Below, one piece after another: positions 1 through 10,641 of a stretch of DNA of 21,000 bases. Location: NCBI GenBank assembly GCA_030704615.1, contig JAKLZA010000283.1, positions 1-21,000 on the forward strand, given 5' to 3'. The notes beneath the pieces are model-generated. The model was not told where the DNA came from and ran no database searches. It saw only the letters and a program-made list of their open reading frames with translations. A program made the translations under genes and the position numbers. This stretch comes from Takakia lepidozioides (Eukaryota > Plantae > Bryophyta). Positions within the stretch are counted from its first letter, which is position 1. The number at the start of each line of letters is the position of its first letter.

Positions 1-2868
1 TCTCTAAACAACGTTGTTGCCGTGTATCCACACGAATTGCGGAACACCTTCCTCGAAACGACGGCTTTGTGCGAGCAATTCTCCACTGTGAGGCAGACAC
101 AGTCGTCTCCACAATGGTTTGGCCATACTGCATAACAGCGGGCGGAATGTGGGGCAAGGGAGCGGTGGGAATTTGTTGCACGAAATCCCCGGTTGAAGGC
201 GACGGCGATCTGGAATTTCTTGGGCTTCCACTGCTGGAAGACACATTGTGCGGCAACATGACGGGACCTCGAGGTGCTGTCCGAATGTTCCTGTCGGATC
301 TCCAGGAATCCTCTTCGCACCCGGGTTCCTCTTCAATCCTCCGCCTGACAGGGCGAGTCCGGACGTCCCCTCTAGGTGTTCACCTCTGCGGTGCAGAGGC
401 GTCCCTTTGATCTTCTCTCGCAATGCTGTCGCCCATTTCACTGGATTCTTGGACCTCGAAGCTGTTCGTACCAACAATTCCTCCCTGTCCGGCCCAAAGC
501 CCCATTGTTTGCCGCTCAGGAACTTGTAGTACGTGGCTTGCTGCATGATTGCTCTGTCGATGTCCTCCGTTGTGGCCGTGACTACGTCCACCAGATGTGC
601 GGCAGAAGACGCTCGCCAGGAGGAGTGGACCGATTCTGCCATATCGTGTTCGGCATGTCCGTGTCGGAATCCAAGCACCGCTCCTAGAAGGACACAAACA
701 ACGGTGAGGGACCAATCGAAATGTCCGTAACAGAAAGACAAATGAACGAAAATGACAGCAGCCTACCTCCCGCATGTACTGTCCGAACTGTCGATACCGA
801 AAATGCACCACCCCAACCAGCTGTGCAATGCTCCCAGATTGGTTGTCTCCACTGCACCTGACGTGTTCCACCAAGCCTCGATGATAGCAAACTTAACCTC
901 CGCGTCATCAAATGTGGGTGCATCTTCCACGCCGTACAAAGGACACGGTGTTCAGCCTGGAATGAGCTAGCAACAAATTTGGTAGTGTAGTGGGATAGAC
1001 TCTGCATCCAATGGAATCCACAGGATCTCTCTTTCCCCTCCATTGGAACATTGGGGTCCTCACCGTACACACGCCGCACCGCTGCCCAGTTGGCCTGAGC
1101 GTTGTCTGCCATGAATCCCCTGAAATTGGGCTCTGGCAATCCCGCCCTTGCCATCTGCTGGTTTATGCCCTCCCACAGATGCATCTCGGACTGTGTGTCC
1201 TCCCTTTCATCTCGCAGATTGCAATCGTCATGAGCCTCTTGGAGTGATAGTCATAAACATGCGCACCCATAGTCACCCACTGATGGTTTGTAATTCGCTT
1301 GATGTGATCAAACATCACCCAAGCATTCGACAAGTTTCCAGTTGTCATGCGAGTGACCAAGTCGACTCCACTCCAGGCCCACACGTCGACATTTTGAAAA
1401 TGTAACAACGATCGGATTCGCTGCCTTGCCCTGGAAACCTGCTACCTTGGATGTAGTCATATCCAGTCATTCGTTTCACCTCCAGGATTGAGTACATGTC
1501 CGACCCCCTGCCGAACTCCTGCTTGCAAGATAGTGTGATTCCGCACATTCGGACTACAAACGGCGAGACGGACTACAAGAGGTCTTCACGCATCTCTCTC
1601 GTTTCGGTCAAGGGCTCTCGGTCGGAACCATCTTCAGACATGATTTTGCCAAGAGCAATCTTGTGGGCTGCCTTCAGCTGAATCTGCTTTGGTCTGGCTC
1701 CGGGCTCAATTTCACCTCCTCTTTTATGATGTCGTGTGCTTCCTGCACAGCCTCACGCATGTTGCCTCTCGCCCAGGGGGGTGGCAGTGGACCCCAACGT
1801 GTATGCAAGCTCTAGTCAAGTCCGGGAGCAAATGGATTACGTAATATTGCTTGGCTCTGCACATGGACATGCACGTCGGTGGTTCTTTGCAATGTGCACA
1901 CTTGAAAGAACCCGCAGGAGCTTGGCTGGAGACAATGAATGGATGATGCGTTGTGCCAGTCCAATCCGTCTCGTTTCTCCGCCCTCCTTTGGAGAGAAAG
2001 TGGAAGCAGGTGGATTGAGGCACCTCAGCTTCCCCGCACAGAGGACATATCGTACACGAACACCATCAGCAATTTTCGTGCTACTGGTCTTCGTCACACA
2101 CCAGGGGTGTCCGTCATGCTTTCGATCCATGTCTGTTAACATCCCGGAGGCTTTCTTTGACGAAGAAACAGGTGGAAACTCGAAGATGACATTGCCATCG
2201 ACTTCGGGAGGCAGAAAACGTTACCTTTCTGACTGGGAATTTGGCATAGTCGAGAGCAGCCAGCTCGGAGCGAGAACCATCGAGGTGATGTTGTCGTAGG
2301 AGCTGCACAATGGACGGGTTGGAGTTATGCTCGAGGGCACATGCGTAGCACCTACAGAGACGTCCATGCCGGATTTGAACGACCGTGTGGAGGACATGGG
2401 GTACCTCAATGCAATCATCTTTCCTCGTCGGAAATGTCGAATACGTCCACACGAGAAGCTATGGAGGGTCTTGACGGTCCAGGTCGGGAATGATTATCGT
2501 TGCATACCTCTCTGTTGGCAGTGGCCGCCTCTCGGTTTCCGGACTCCTTTGTGGATGGTGTGTGGGCAGCGACTGATTTCAATGGGCATTCCCACAGCTC
2601 CGTCTGATTCGACCACGTTACCTAGCACGACAATGGTCTCGTCAACCTGTCCAGGAACATCCTTCCTTTCTTCTTCCAAATAAACTGTGCCCGGTTTGAG
2701 CTTGAATTTGGAACAAAGGTAAGTTTCAGTCACTCTGCAAAGTCCTCCCTCGTTTGGGATCCAGGCTCTCCCAAGTTGCGGAGGACAGCAAACTATAGCG
2801 TAGGAATTCGGAGCCATCGACACCGCACGGAGTTGGCAAGTGCGAGGTTCAGTATAGGACAGGACCAA
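1..2868 (-). pseudogene. MULE-like DDE transposase with N-terminal GCM/WRKY-like Zn domain, broken by many 1-bp frameshifts; continues off the left edge
   Basis: Joined minus-strand frames give WVMFDH (D at ~1309), FMADNAQANWAAVRRVYG (D at ~1106), ERSCGFHW (CxxH, ~1022-1011) and PNT[N]MAESVHSSW (E at ~636), i.e. the D..D..CxxH..E layout of Mutator/IS256 transposases. One GT-AG intron at 766-684 (GTAGGC...TTCTAG). Roughly ten frame changes are needed (e.g. ~2426, 2218, 2012, 1775, 1372, 1203, 927, 806, 643). The 5' start and upstream exons are uncertain. Confidence 0.8.
1775..2225 (-). other. GCM-like (WRKY-GCM1 superfamily) zinc-binding DNA-binding domain of the transposase
   Basis: Reconstructed sequence LPPEVDGNVIFEFPP...DGHPWCVTKTSS...VRYVLCAGKLRCLNPxC...CAHC...C...CRAKQYYV...RACIHVGVHCHP. 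It has W-x(n)-CxGxxxC, CxxC and a terminal GxHxHP, as in GCM-type domains. WRKY-GCM1 fingers are established partners of MULE transposases. Confidence 0.6.
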
Positions 2869-3242
2869 GGCTCACAGGCACCATCTAAGTGGATCTGCGG
2901 AGTCCATCGACGATTGGAAGTCGCACATTGAAGTGGAAAGTATTGTTTCAAGCTACATGCATGAAGGTGGGAGGTTTGATTCCATAGCCAGTGAGTAGGA
3001 CAATGATGGCCGATTCGGCGACGAAATAACATCTCCTGACAGTTCTCCTGAGGGTGGGATCCAGTTATTCTCGGTGCAGACAAGAACGTTCGCCACTGAC
3101 AAGTGCCAGGACTGCGTTAAAACGGTCAGACAACCAAGTTGTGCTCATCAAGACTGGCCGCAATTGTGTTGTTTCGGAACAATGCAACCCATTGAGGTTC
3201 CAGATTTCCGTCCACGAGTGATTCTGTCGATTGCTGGTGGAC

Positions 3243-4985
3243 GGAAATACGGCGCCGCATTTCCGTATTGCATCTTGGTCATGCAACAGAGCGACGGAAA
3301 TGCGGCACCGAGTTTCCGTCCGGGGGGAAACCTTTATACTCTCCAGAACGGAAATGCGGTAACGCATTTCCATCCAGCAAGCACGGTATGTGAAGGTGGA
3401 ACGGAAATGCGGTACCGCATTTCCGTTCTGATTGAGATTTATGAACAACGGGAACAGAAATGCGGCACCGCATTTCCGTCCGAGTCGCACTTTTCGACAT
3501 TCCAGAACGGGAATGCGGCGCCGCATTTCCATTTTGTATCTGATGCATGGAGCTGAGGGATAGAAATGCTGCAGCACATTTCCGTCCTTAAAAGACATTC
3601 ATACTCTCGAGAACGGAAATGCGGTACCGCATTTTCATTCAACAAGCACGGTATGTGAAGGTGGAACGGAAATGCGGTACCGCATTTCCGTTCTGATTGA
3701 GAATTATGAACAACGGGAACAGAAATGCGGCACCGCATTTCCGTCAAAGTCGCACTTTTCGACATTCCATAAAGGAAATGCGGCGCCGCATTTCCATTTT
3801 GTATCTGATGCCTGGAGCCGAGTAAGATTCCGACAGCTTCATACAGCGCAATTCCGACCGGTTGAGACATTCACACTATCCAGAACGGAAATGCGGCACC
3901 GCATTTCCGTTCTGACTGAAAATCGTGAACTATCTGAACTGAAATGCGGCACCGTATTTCCATCCGAGTCGCACCTACCATCATTCCAGAACGGAAATGC
4001 GGCACCGCATTTCCGTTCTGACTGAAAATCGTGAACCATCGGAACTGAAATGCGGCAACGTATTTCCATCCGAGTCGCACCTACCATCATTCCAGAACGG
4101 AAATGCGGCACCGCATTTCCGTTCTGACTGAAAATCGTGAACCATCGGAACTGAAATGCGGCAGCGCATTTCCATCCGAGTCGCACCTCCCAACATTCCA
4201 GAACGGAATGTATTAGATTTAAAAGGGAAATGCGGCACCGCATTTCCGTTCTGATGAAATATCCTGAAACATCGGAATTGAAATGCGGTACCGCATTTCC
4301 GTCGGAGTCCCACCATCCGACATTCCAAAACGGAAATGCGGCACCGCATTTCCGTTTTGTATGTGAGGCATGGAGCTGTGGAACGAAAATGCGGGAAGGC
4401 ATTTCCGCCAGCGTCAGACGTTAATACTCTACAGAACGGAAATGCGGTACCGCATTTCCATTCTGACTGAAAATCGTGCGCAACGGGTACAGAAATGCGG
4501 CACCGCATTTCCGTTCGAGTCGCACCTTCCGACATTCTCGAACGGAAATGCGGCGCCGCATTTCCGTTTTGTATATTCGGCCTGGAGCTGTGCTACGGAA
4601 ATGTGTTGCCGCATTTCCATCCATGTGAGACCTTCAACCTTTCCAGACCGGAAATGCGACACCGCATTTCTGTCCAGGTGAGACCTCTATACTTTCCCGA
4701 ACGGAAATGTGGCACGGCATTTCCATTCATCAACTAACGTATGTGAAGTGGGAACGGAAATGCGGCGCCGCATTTCCCTTCTGAATCTCATACATGGAGC
4801 TGTGGGACGGAAATGCGGCACCGTATTTCCGTTCAACAACTAAGGTATGTGAAGGTGGAACGGAAATGCGGTGCCGCATTTTCTTCCAACAAGTACGGAT
4901 GTGTAGCAGTGATCGTACTTAACGGAAATGCGGCGCCGCATTCGCATTCTCGCTCCAACTCATCAGACGCTGGGACGGAAATGCC
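3243..4985. repeat. Array 1: ~33 copies of palindrome GGAAATGCGGYRCCGCATTTCC (often extended to a 30-bp GAAC...GTTC palindrome) with a 53-bp period and variable spacers
   Basis: Copy starts read by hand: 3243, 3296, 3350, 3403, 3456, 3509, 3562, 3615, 3668, 3721, 3774, (~3834 degenerate), 3887, 3940, 3993, 4046, 4099, 4152, 4226, 4279, 4332, 4385, 4438, 4491, 4544, 4597, 4650, 4703, 4756, 4809, 4862, 4924, 4977 (half). A perfect 30-bp palindrome lies at 3399-3428. Confidence 0.97.
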
Positions 4986-5380
4986 TTGAAATGTGAACAC
5001 GTGGAGCAACGGAATTGCTGCACATGTCGGCACTCTATCTGACTGAAGGGGCATGAGGCGGCGCGGCCTGACCGTTGGATAATGATGTTTGATTTTCGGA
5101 CGGCGGGCGTACCCTCAACGATTCGAATTTCGTAATGACGCAAACTCCACGAGGAGACACTTTCGTCCAACCTTTCGAACCCAAGTGGTGCATCACCGCC
5201 GTTTCATCTACTTTTGTCGTGTCTCCTCAGTCACCCCTCTCGCGCCCTTTCCATCTGCACTCTTTGCCCCTTTTCCCTCTCTCTGTTCTTCTTATGCTCG
5301 AACCTGAGAGGGGGGGAGTTCGTGCACCAGACAGGAGACCTCGTCGCAAGCTCCGGAAATTATACTTCGGACGTAGGCCA

Positions 5381-8300
5381 ATGCCGAAGGGGAGGAAGCA
5401 GATGCGTCTACAGGAGGAGATTGCCATCTCCGAGCAGCAGGCCACTCAGGCAACCCAGCCACCAGTGAGAGCTCCATGCGATCGGGCTGCGCGCAGCTGA
5501 TCGAGCACCGAACCCCCCATTTTGCTTCTGTAATTCTTAGACTGAATGCTAGGAGACTTGAATGCAGAACATGTTTGCATGCCTAACAGGAAAGGTGGAC
5601 GTGCTGGAGGGATCGCAGGAATCCGAAGAGCCGCAGGAAGAGTCCGAGGAGCTAGCTGCAGCACGTACACCCACCCGATCCCCGAGCGCGGGTACTCCTG
5701 CCGGGCCTAGCCCTCTGCGATTCAAAGACGCGTCTTCGAAGGGCAAGTTCAAAGTCTCAGAGATCGACTCGCGTTCTTCGATCATGGAGAATCGCCAGCA
5801 GGGGTCGGGCCCTTCTCCAGCAAAGTCGAAGAAGAAGCAGCCCGTCCCTCTACTGGCTTCTGAACCGGCTCAGGCCGATTCACCCCCCCCAACGCGAATG
5901 AAGCAGCAGGGTAGAAGACAGATTCTATTGCAGCAGACACCTTCACCTGCAAGGATGAGGAAGCAGAAGGCAATCAGGGCGACGGGCGAACAATCTCCCG
6001 CAAAACCGCTTCCACGAGCTGAAGCTCAGTTCCTGGAGGATTTCCCGCCTGCAGATGTTGGGGCCGACTCTGCTGCAGCGAAGGCAATGGGATCGACCGT
6101 TGATCTCGATTTGGTACCGGAGGAGGGTGCTGCCGCTGAACGTTCGCAGGCAGACCTCACCACCGATGAGCTAGCAGGCCCGGAGGAGGCCTCTGCAGTG
6201 GCAGAATTGCCCGCACACAGGCCCCAGAGTGCAGCTCCAGTTGAGGATGCTCCACCTGCTCAGCCACTACCGGCACCTACAGACATGTCTCCGGAGGATT
6301 TCAAAAGTGCAGCGGATAAAATGTTGGAGGAGACACACAGTAGCATTGGCAGAGTTCTGGGCAGCAGGGTATTCCAGCGGACTCTTCGAATCCCACTCTG
6401 TCGCATGGTCTCCCTTCCCATCGTCAGGCAGGCCCTTCCCGGAGATGTGGATAAGCTCAAGTTCGCATTTCGAGAAGGGTACCGTCTGGGATCGGCAGCG
6501 TTTTACGTTTCCATAGAGAATGAGGACGGCGAAACCCGTGGACCCACTGCCGATGAATTGTCAACGTGGGATACCCACTGGCACACTCGCAACCACGAAT
6601 TCGAGGCGACGCTGAAGGGTGATCCCGACTTCGGCCATATGTCGGGAAAAATGTTCTTTGTGTGGGACGGGAATCACCGACTTCTCGCCTGGTGGGAGTA
6701 CATCAAGCAGAACCATGCCAAGCACATTGGCTGGCATTACATGGTGGAGTGTGTCATCCTCAAGGTGAAGGCGGCAGACTCCTCCCTCCTCAAGAATGCC
6801 ATGGCGGACCTCAACTCGTAAGATACTCATACCCTCCCTAGCACATTCGAAATGCGGTGCCGCATTTCGGTTTCCATTCTGGTTTGATTCCGTGCTTCCG
6901 TGTACTGAACTGGAGAGTGTGCCTTGCAGGGTCACTGAGAATGCGTACGTGCATACCCACATGGCACATATGCTGTACAGGGTGAGGAAAACTGGTCTTA
7001 CTGATCCGCAGATGTTTGCGGAAATGCTGGAGCCGGAGCTCATTCAGAAAGCCGTTGCAAAAACAGACCGGACATGGTATCGTCTCACTATGGATGGAAT
7101 GGTGGAGGTGATATACGAAGTAAGTCGTGCTCCAATTTCCCTCTGCTCATCCTTCCCCAATTTCCAGTAATGTTTCCACATGAATCGAATGTAACGCTTC
7201 TGCATGTTTTTGTTGGCAGTCAAACATCAAGCTGGATTTGGCCCATGCCAAACGCTTCTTCATGGAAAGTGAGGGGCAGGTCAAAACGTTGCAGTCATTG
7301 ACTGAGCACTTGAAGGAAGCCGGTGTCAAGTCCAGAACCAAATACAAGTCAAAGCTTGTGAAGCTGGTGGCAATTGCAGATCCGGCACTTGGAAAGGACT
7401 TCATCCCCGAGATTGCAAAACACTATTCTCGGGCCATGCAGCCGACCATGCAATTGGAGAAACTGCATCACCTCTCAACGGCATGTGTGGAGGCGAAAGA
7501 GAAGGTGAGGTTTCAATGCACTGAATTTCCTTCCTAGCAATAGCCACTCTCTTCCAGCCACTGACATTGGATCGGAAATGGCAGACACGGTGGCTGTCGA
7601 TCTGGAATGCATCCGAGAGCATAAGGACAATGTGGTCTTTTCCACTGGAAGTTTCCGACCCTGCAGTGGATGTGTGGCTCAACCGTATGACTTGGTGGTT
7701 CCAGGTAATTCAAGGTACTTCCCCAGATTTGCTTTTCTGACATGAATTCCCTGAACTGCTACGTGACAATGCATTTGGGAATGGCAGGTAATGTCGAATG
7801 CAAAGGAGCAAGTCGTAATGCACACAAATTCGTTCGGCTTGTACGTCAAATGGGATGGAACACAGACATTGGAAGACTACGTGACACGTTTCAGATGTGC
7901 GTACAAGGACAACCTTTTCGCCAGAGAGCTACAGACAGCAAGAAGGAGCGTGGAGTTTACACATCAGGAGGGAGCGGGGAAAGCTGCAATGCGAATTGTT
8001 TACAGGTGAAGCACAGCTGCCCTTGTATGCGAAGCCTGGTTACGAGGTTTGTCTCGGAAATGCGGCACCGCATTCGCATTTTATGTTTTCGGTGGCACTC
8101 TGCCAGTAGGTTGGTCTCAAGTTTTGCTCACGCATGCTGACTGCCTTGCAGGTATATGAAATACGTGCTCCTTCAGACAGGGGCCCTGGCTCAAGAGCCC
8201 CCGTTCTTCATGGCTTGGACCGTGGCGGGCCCAAGCTGTGTCTACACACCCGAGATGCAGAAACAATGGCATCCCGCGCATCTCGTTGGATGCCCGTGGT

Positions 8301-10505
8301 ACCTGGACATGTCTGGCGGTATTGTTGACGAGTCTGAGAAAGATCTGCACGCCTTGGCAGAAGAGAAGAGAAAGGAAAGACGTGTCCCTGCTGGGCCAAA
8401 GTCGGCAAAGGAATCTGCTGCTCTGGAAGAATCCAGAAAGGCAGCTGAGATGGCACAAAAGACGGTGGATGCAGCTGTGCAGGCCCAACAGAAGGGGTCG
8501 AAGAAGAGGACTCGCCAGCAAGGAGCAGCTGTTGTGACACCCGCCAAAACGAAGAAGCAGAAACAGCCTGTTCAGGAAGAGGGTGAGGAAGAGGACTCCG
8601 ATGGAGACTTTGCAACCAGCCCACCCCCCCAAACGCAGGCTGCCTCCCCTGTGCCCACCGTTGTCACGAGAGGCACGAGAACTGGCTCGGCAAAGAAGGC
8701 ACTCTTCAACCCCCCAGGGGGGCACCCTTTCGAGCCGGTGGAAATGAAGAGGCCGAAAGTGGCTCCCGAAACTGTAGTCCAGTGTGTAAATGAGAGTTTC
8801 TTGGCGGCTTTGGATGGACGGGCAGCCAAGTTGGCATACATGAAGACCATGGAGGGTCTGAAGGGCAGAGCACTGAAGAAGGCGACTGCCGAAGAGCCTT
8901 CCGACACCCCAGGATTTCAGAATATGGTCTCGTTCTTTGAGAGGGTGTGTGCAGACAAGGATTGTAGGAGGGGCGGAAATGCCACCGAGTGGTCTTGCGA
9001 TATGATCATCTTGGATATTCCGGACGGAGAGCCTGTGGAAGGACTGCAAGCTTTGCCATCTTGGAACAGGTACTCGGAGGACTTTTGGAAGAAAGGATTC
9101 GGGCTTGCCCGCATGGTGTTGGACGACAGAGGCTGTGTGGTTGTCCTGGCGAGCAGAGGAAAAAACACTCAGACAGGAATTGCGAAGTGGACCCGCAAGA
9201 GCGCCGTCCCGATTCTGAAAAAGAAGTGGACGTGCATCAACACACTGGGCCTTCGGTCGGAAGGGAAGAAGGTGATTACGACACTGGCACTCGTCCATTC
9301 ATTTGCTTGGGTGCTTTCAAATGCGGTGCCGCATTCGGTTTCTAATCGTTTTCCCCCTGTGTATGCAGACGAAGCAGTTCGATGCATACTGCTTTGTGAA
9401 GGAAAACTCCACCTTTGCTTTCCGGAAGGAGGGAGGAAAGGTTGACCCGAACTGCGACCCACTCGATTACGACGTTCTGTTCAACAACGTTCCCAAGGAA
9501 CTTCTCCCTCATAGCCTCACTTCAACGGAACCCCTGCGGTACTCACGGACTCGGAGCCCTGCCTTCATTCAGACAATTATGGAGACATGCACAGACGTGG
9601 AGGGCACAGTGCTGGACCTCATCTGTGGGACAGGTATGCAGAATCTTGATCTCTGCTGTTCTGCAAATTCTCGTTAGGATGTAGTTCGCAACATCTGAAG
9701 CGCCATGTGGTAATGTGTGGATGGCATTGTAACAGGTGCCTCAATGTGGGCTGGGCGGTTTTCCGACCGGCACCTCTTTGCCTACGAGGAGGATTCATCC
9801 GTGTGGGGATCCCATCTGGAGGGGCTGCAACGGAATGTGAAGGCTCCCGACAGAGCGGAAGTCTCCTCGGATTCGTCGGAGTCCGAGGAAGACACAGTGG
9901 ACATTGATGCAGAGGAGAACCCGGAATACGAGTGAGTGCAAACATTGTAAGTTTGCAAAGCCTTCTGGGTCATTTATGTCAAAGGAATTTCCCGACTGTG
10001 GTTCTCATTAGTCTCGTTGATGATTGTCATGTGCAGGATTGCAGGGTCCGGGTCGAAACATGTAGGGCCTACACTTCCTGCCAGGAAGAATGTCCCGTTC
10101 TTTGCGAGGGCCGACTTCATGACGAGCCCGGTGAGGGACTACTCCCTTCCTAGTTATGCAGCTAAACTCGCAAATACAGCGATTAGAAGAAGTGAGAATC
10201 CCAGTAAAGTAGAGCAGATTTTGGAGAGGGCTAGGGAGGACAGAAGGATAAGGAAAGAGTTGGCAGCAGCTCAGACAGGTAGACGGGTACGAAAGTACAT
10301 ATGTGATTCAGCGGATGAGAGCGACGCAGACAGGGAGGAGGACGACCCAACGGAGGTGAGATGGACAGTTCCGCAAGGGGAAGATGGGATTTTCGAAAGC
10401 CTGGCCAACGAGCAGTCCGCTGGAGATGAGAGAGGCACTGAGGGGGTGGAGGAGGAGCAGGACAGTCTAGAACAGGATGAGGATTCCGATGATTTTCAAG
10501 ATTAA
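5381..10505 (+). CDS. 10-exon gene, ~1390 aa: disordered N-terminus, ParB/Srx-like domain, unknown middle region, beta-class N6A/N4C DNA methyltransferase-like domain, acidic tail
   Basis: Manual gene model: 5381-5464, ~5595-6817 (first acceptor uncertain; 5568 also keeps frame), 6930-7119, 7220-7504, 7585-7704, 7788-8005, 8152-9271, 9369-9633, 9736-9931, 10037-10505. Introns 2-9 are all GT...CAG, 80-146 nt, and phase-consistent (2,0,0,0,2,0,1,2), giving one open frame with no internal stop or frameshift. Confidence 0.88.
6378..6817 (+). other. ParB/Sulfiredoxin-like N-terminal domain
   Basis: RTLRIPLCRMVSLPIVRQALPGDVDKLKFAFREGY...AFYV...FFVWDGNHRLLAW...VECVIL...AMADLN matches the ParB/Srx pattern: hxIPhxxh, conserved R, LxxshxxG, hhDGxHRhxA (GxxR motif), a beta strand, and a helix ending in N. 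Confidence 0.75.
6848..6869. repeat. Single palindrome copy in intron 2 (CGAAATGCGGTGCCGCATTTCG)
   Basis: Direct match to the array motif inside intron 6818-6929. Confidence 0.9.
8056..8077. repeat. Single palindrome copy in intron 6 (GGAAATGCGGCACCGCATTCGC)
   Basis: Direct match to the array motif inside intron 8006-8151. Confidence 0.9.
8996..9795 (+). other. Beta-class amino-(N6A/N4C) DNA methyltransferase fold spread over exons 7-9
   Basis: Motif IV CDMIILDIPDG (cf. DLIhxDPPY); ARMVLDDRGCVVV (cf. RVLKxGGxhhh); KKWTC (cf. IWxK). The spliced segment RSPAFIQTIMETCTDVEGTVLDLICGTGASMWAGRFSDRHLFAYEED matches KPxxLhxxhIxxxTxxGDxVLDPFxGSGTTxxAAxxxGRxxhGxEhD. Catalytic motif before the SAM-binding motif is the beta permutation. 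Confidence 0.8.
9319..9335. repeat. Single palindrome core in intron 7 (AAATGCGGTGCCGCATT)
   Basis: Direct match to the motif core inside intron 9272-9368. Confidence 0.88.
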
Positions 10506-10641
10506 TAGAATTTTAATGAAGTCTCTGTAAATGTAAATTCTCTTCCAGAGTATATAAAGAAAATTCTGCCCGACATTCGTGACCCCTCTCCAGTGTGCAT
10601 TCCAGCCACACAATCGCCCAAACCAGGACGCTCCCAAAATC

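Noticed and set aside
3243-4985. True CRISPR array
   Set aside because: Spacers recur as five diverged classes rather than being unique, no cas genes are recognisable, the context is intron-containing eukaryotic DNA, and the same motif occurs singly in introns and at other spacings.
3065-5054. Many ORFs with KCGAAF / EMRCRIS / GNAVPHF repeats
   Set aside because: They are translations of the stop-free palindrome in all six frames and give no evidence of coding function.
8117-9298. 393-aa minus-strand ORF (also 11855-12589 minus and the plus-strand ORFs over the transposase)
   Set aside because: Antisense shadows of GC-rich coding sequence with no recognisable motifs.
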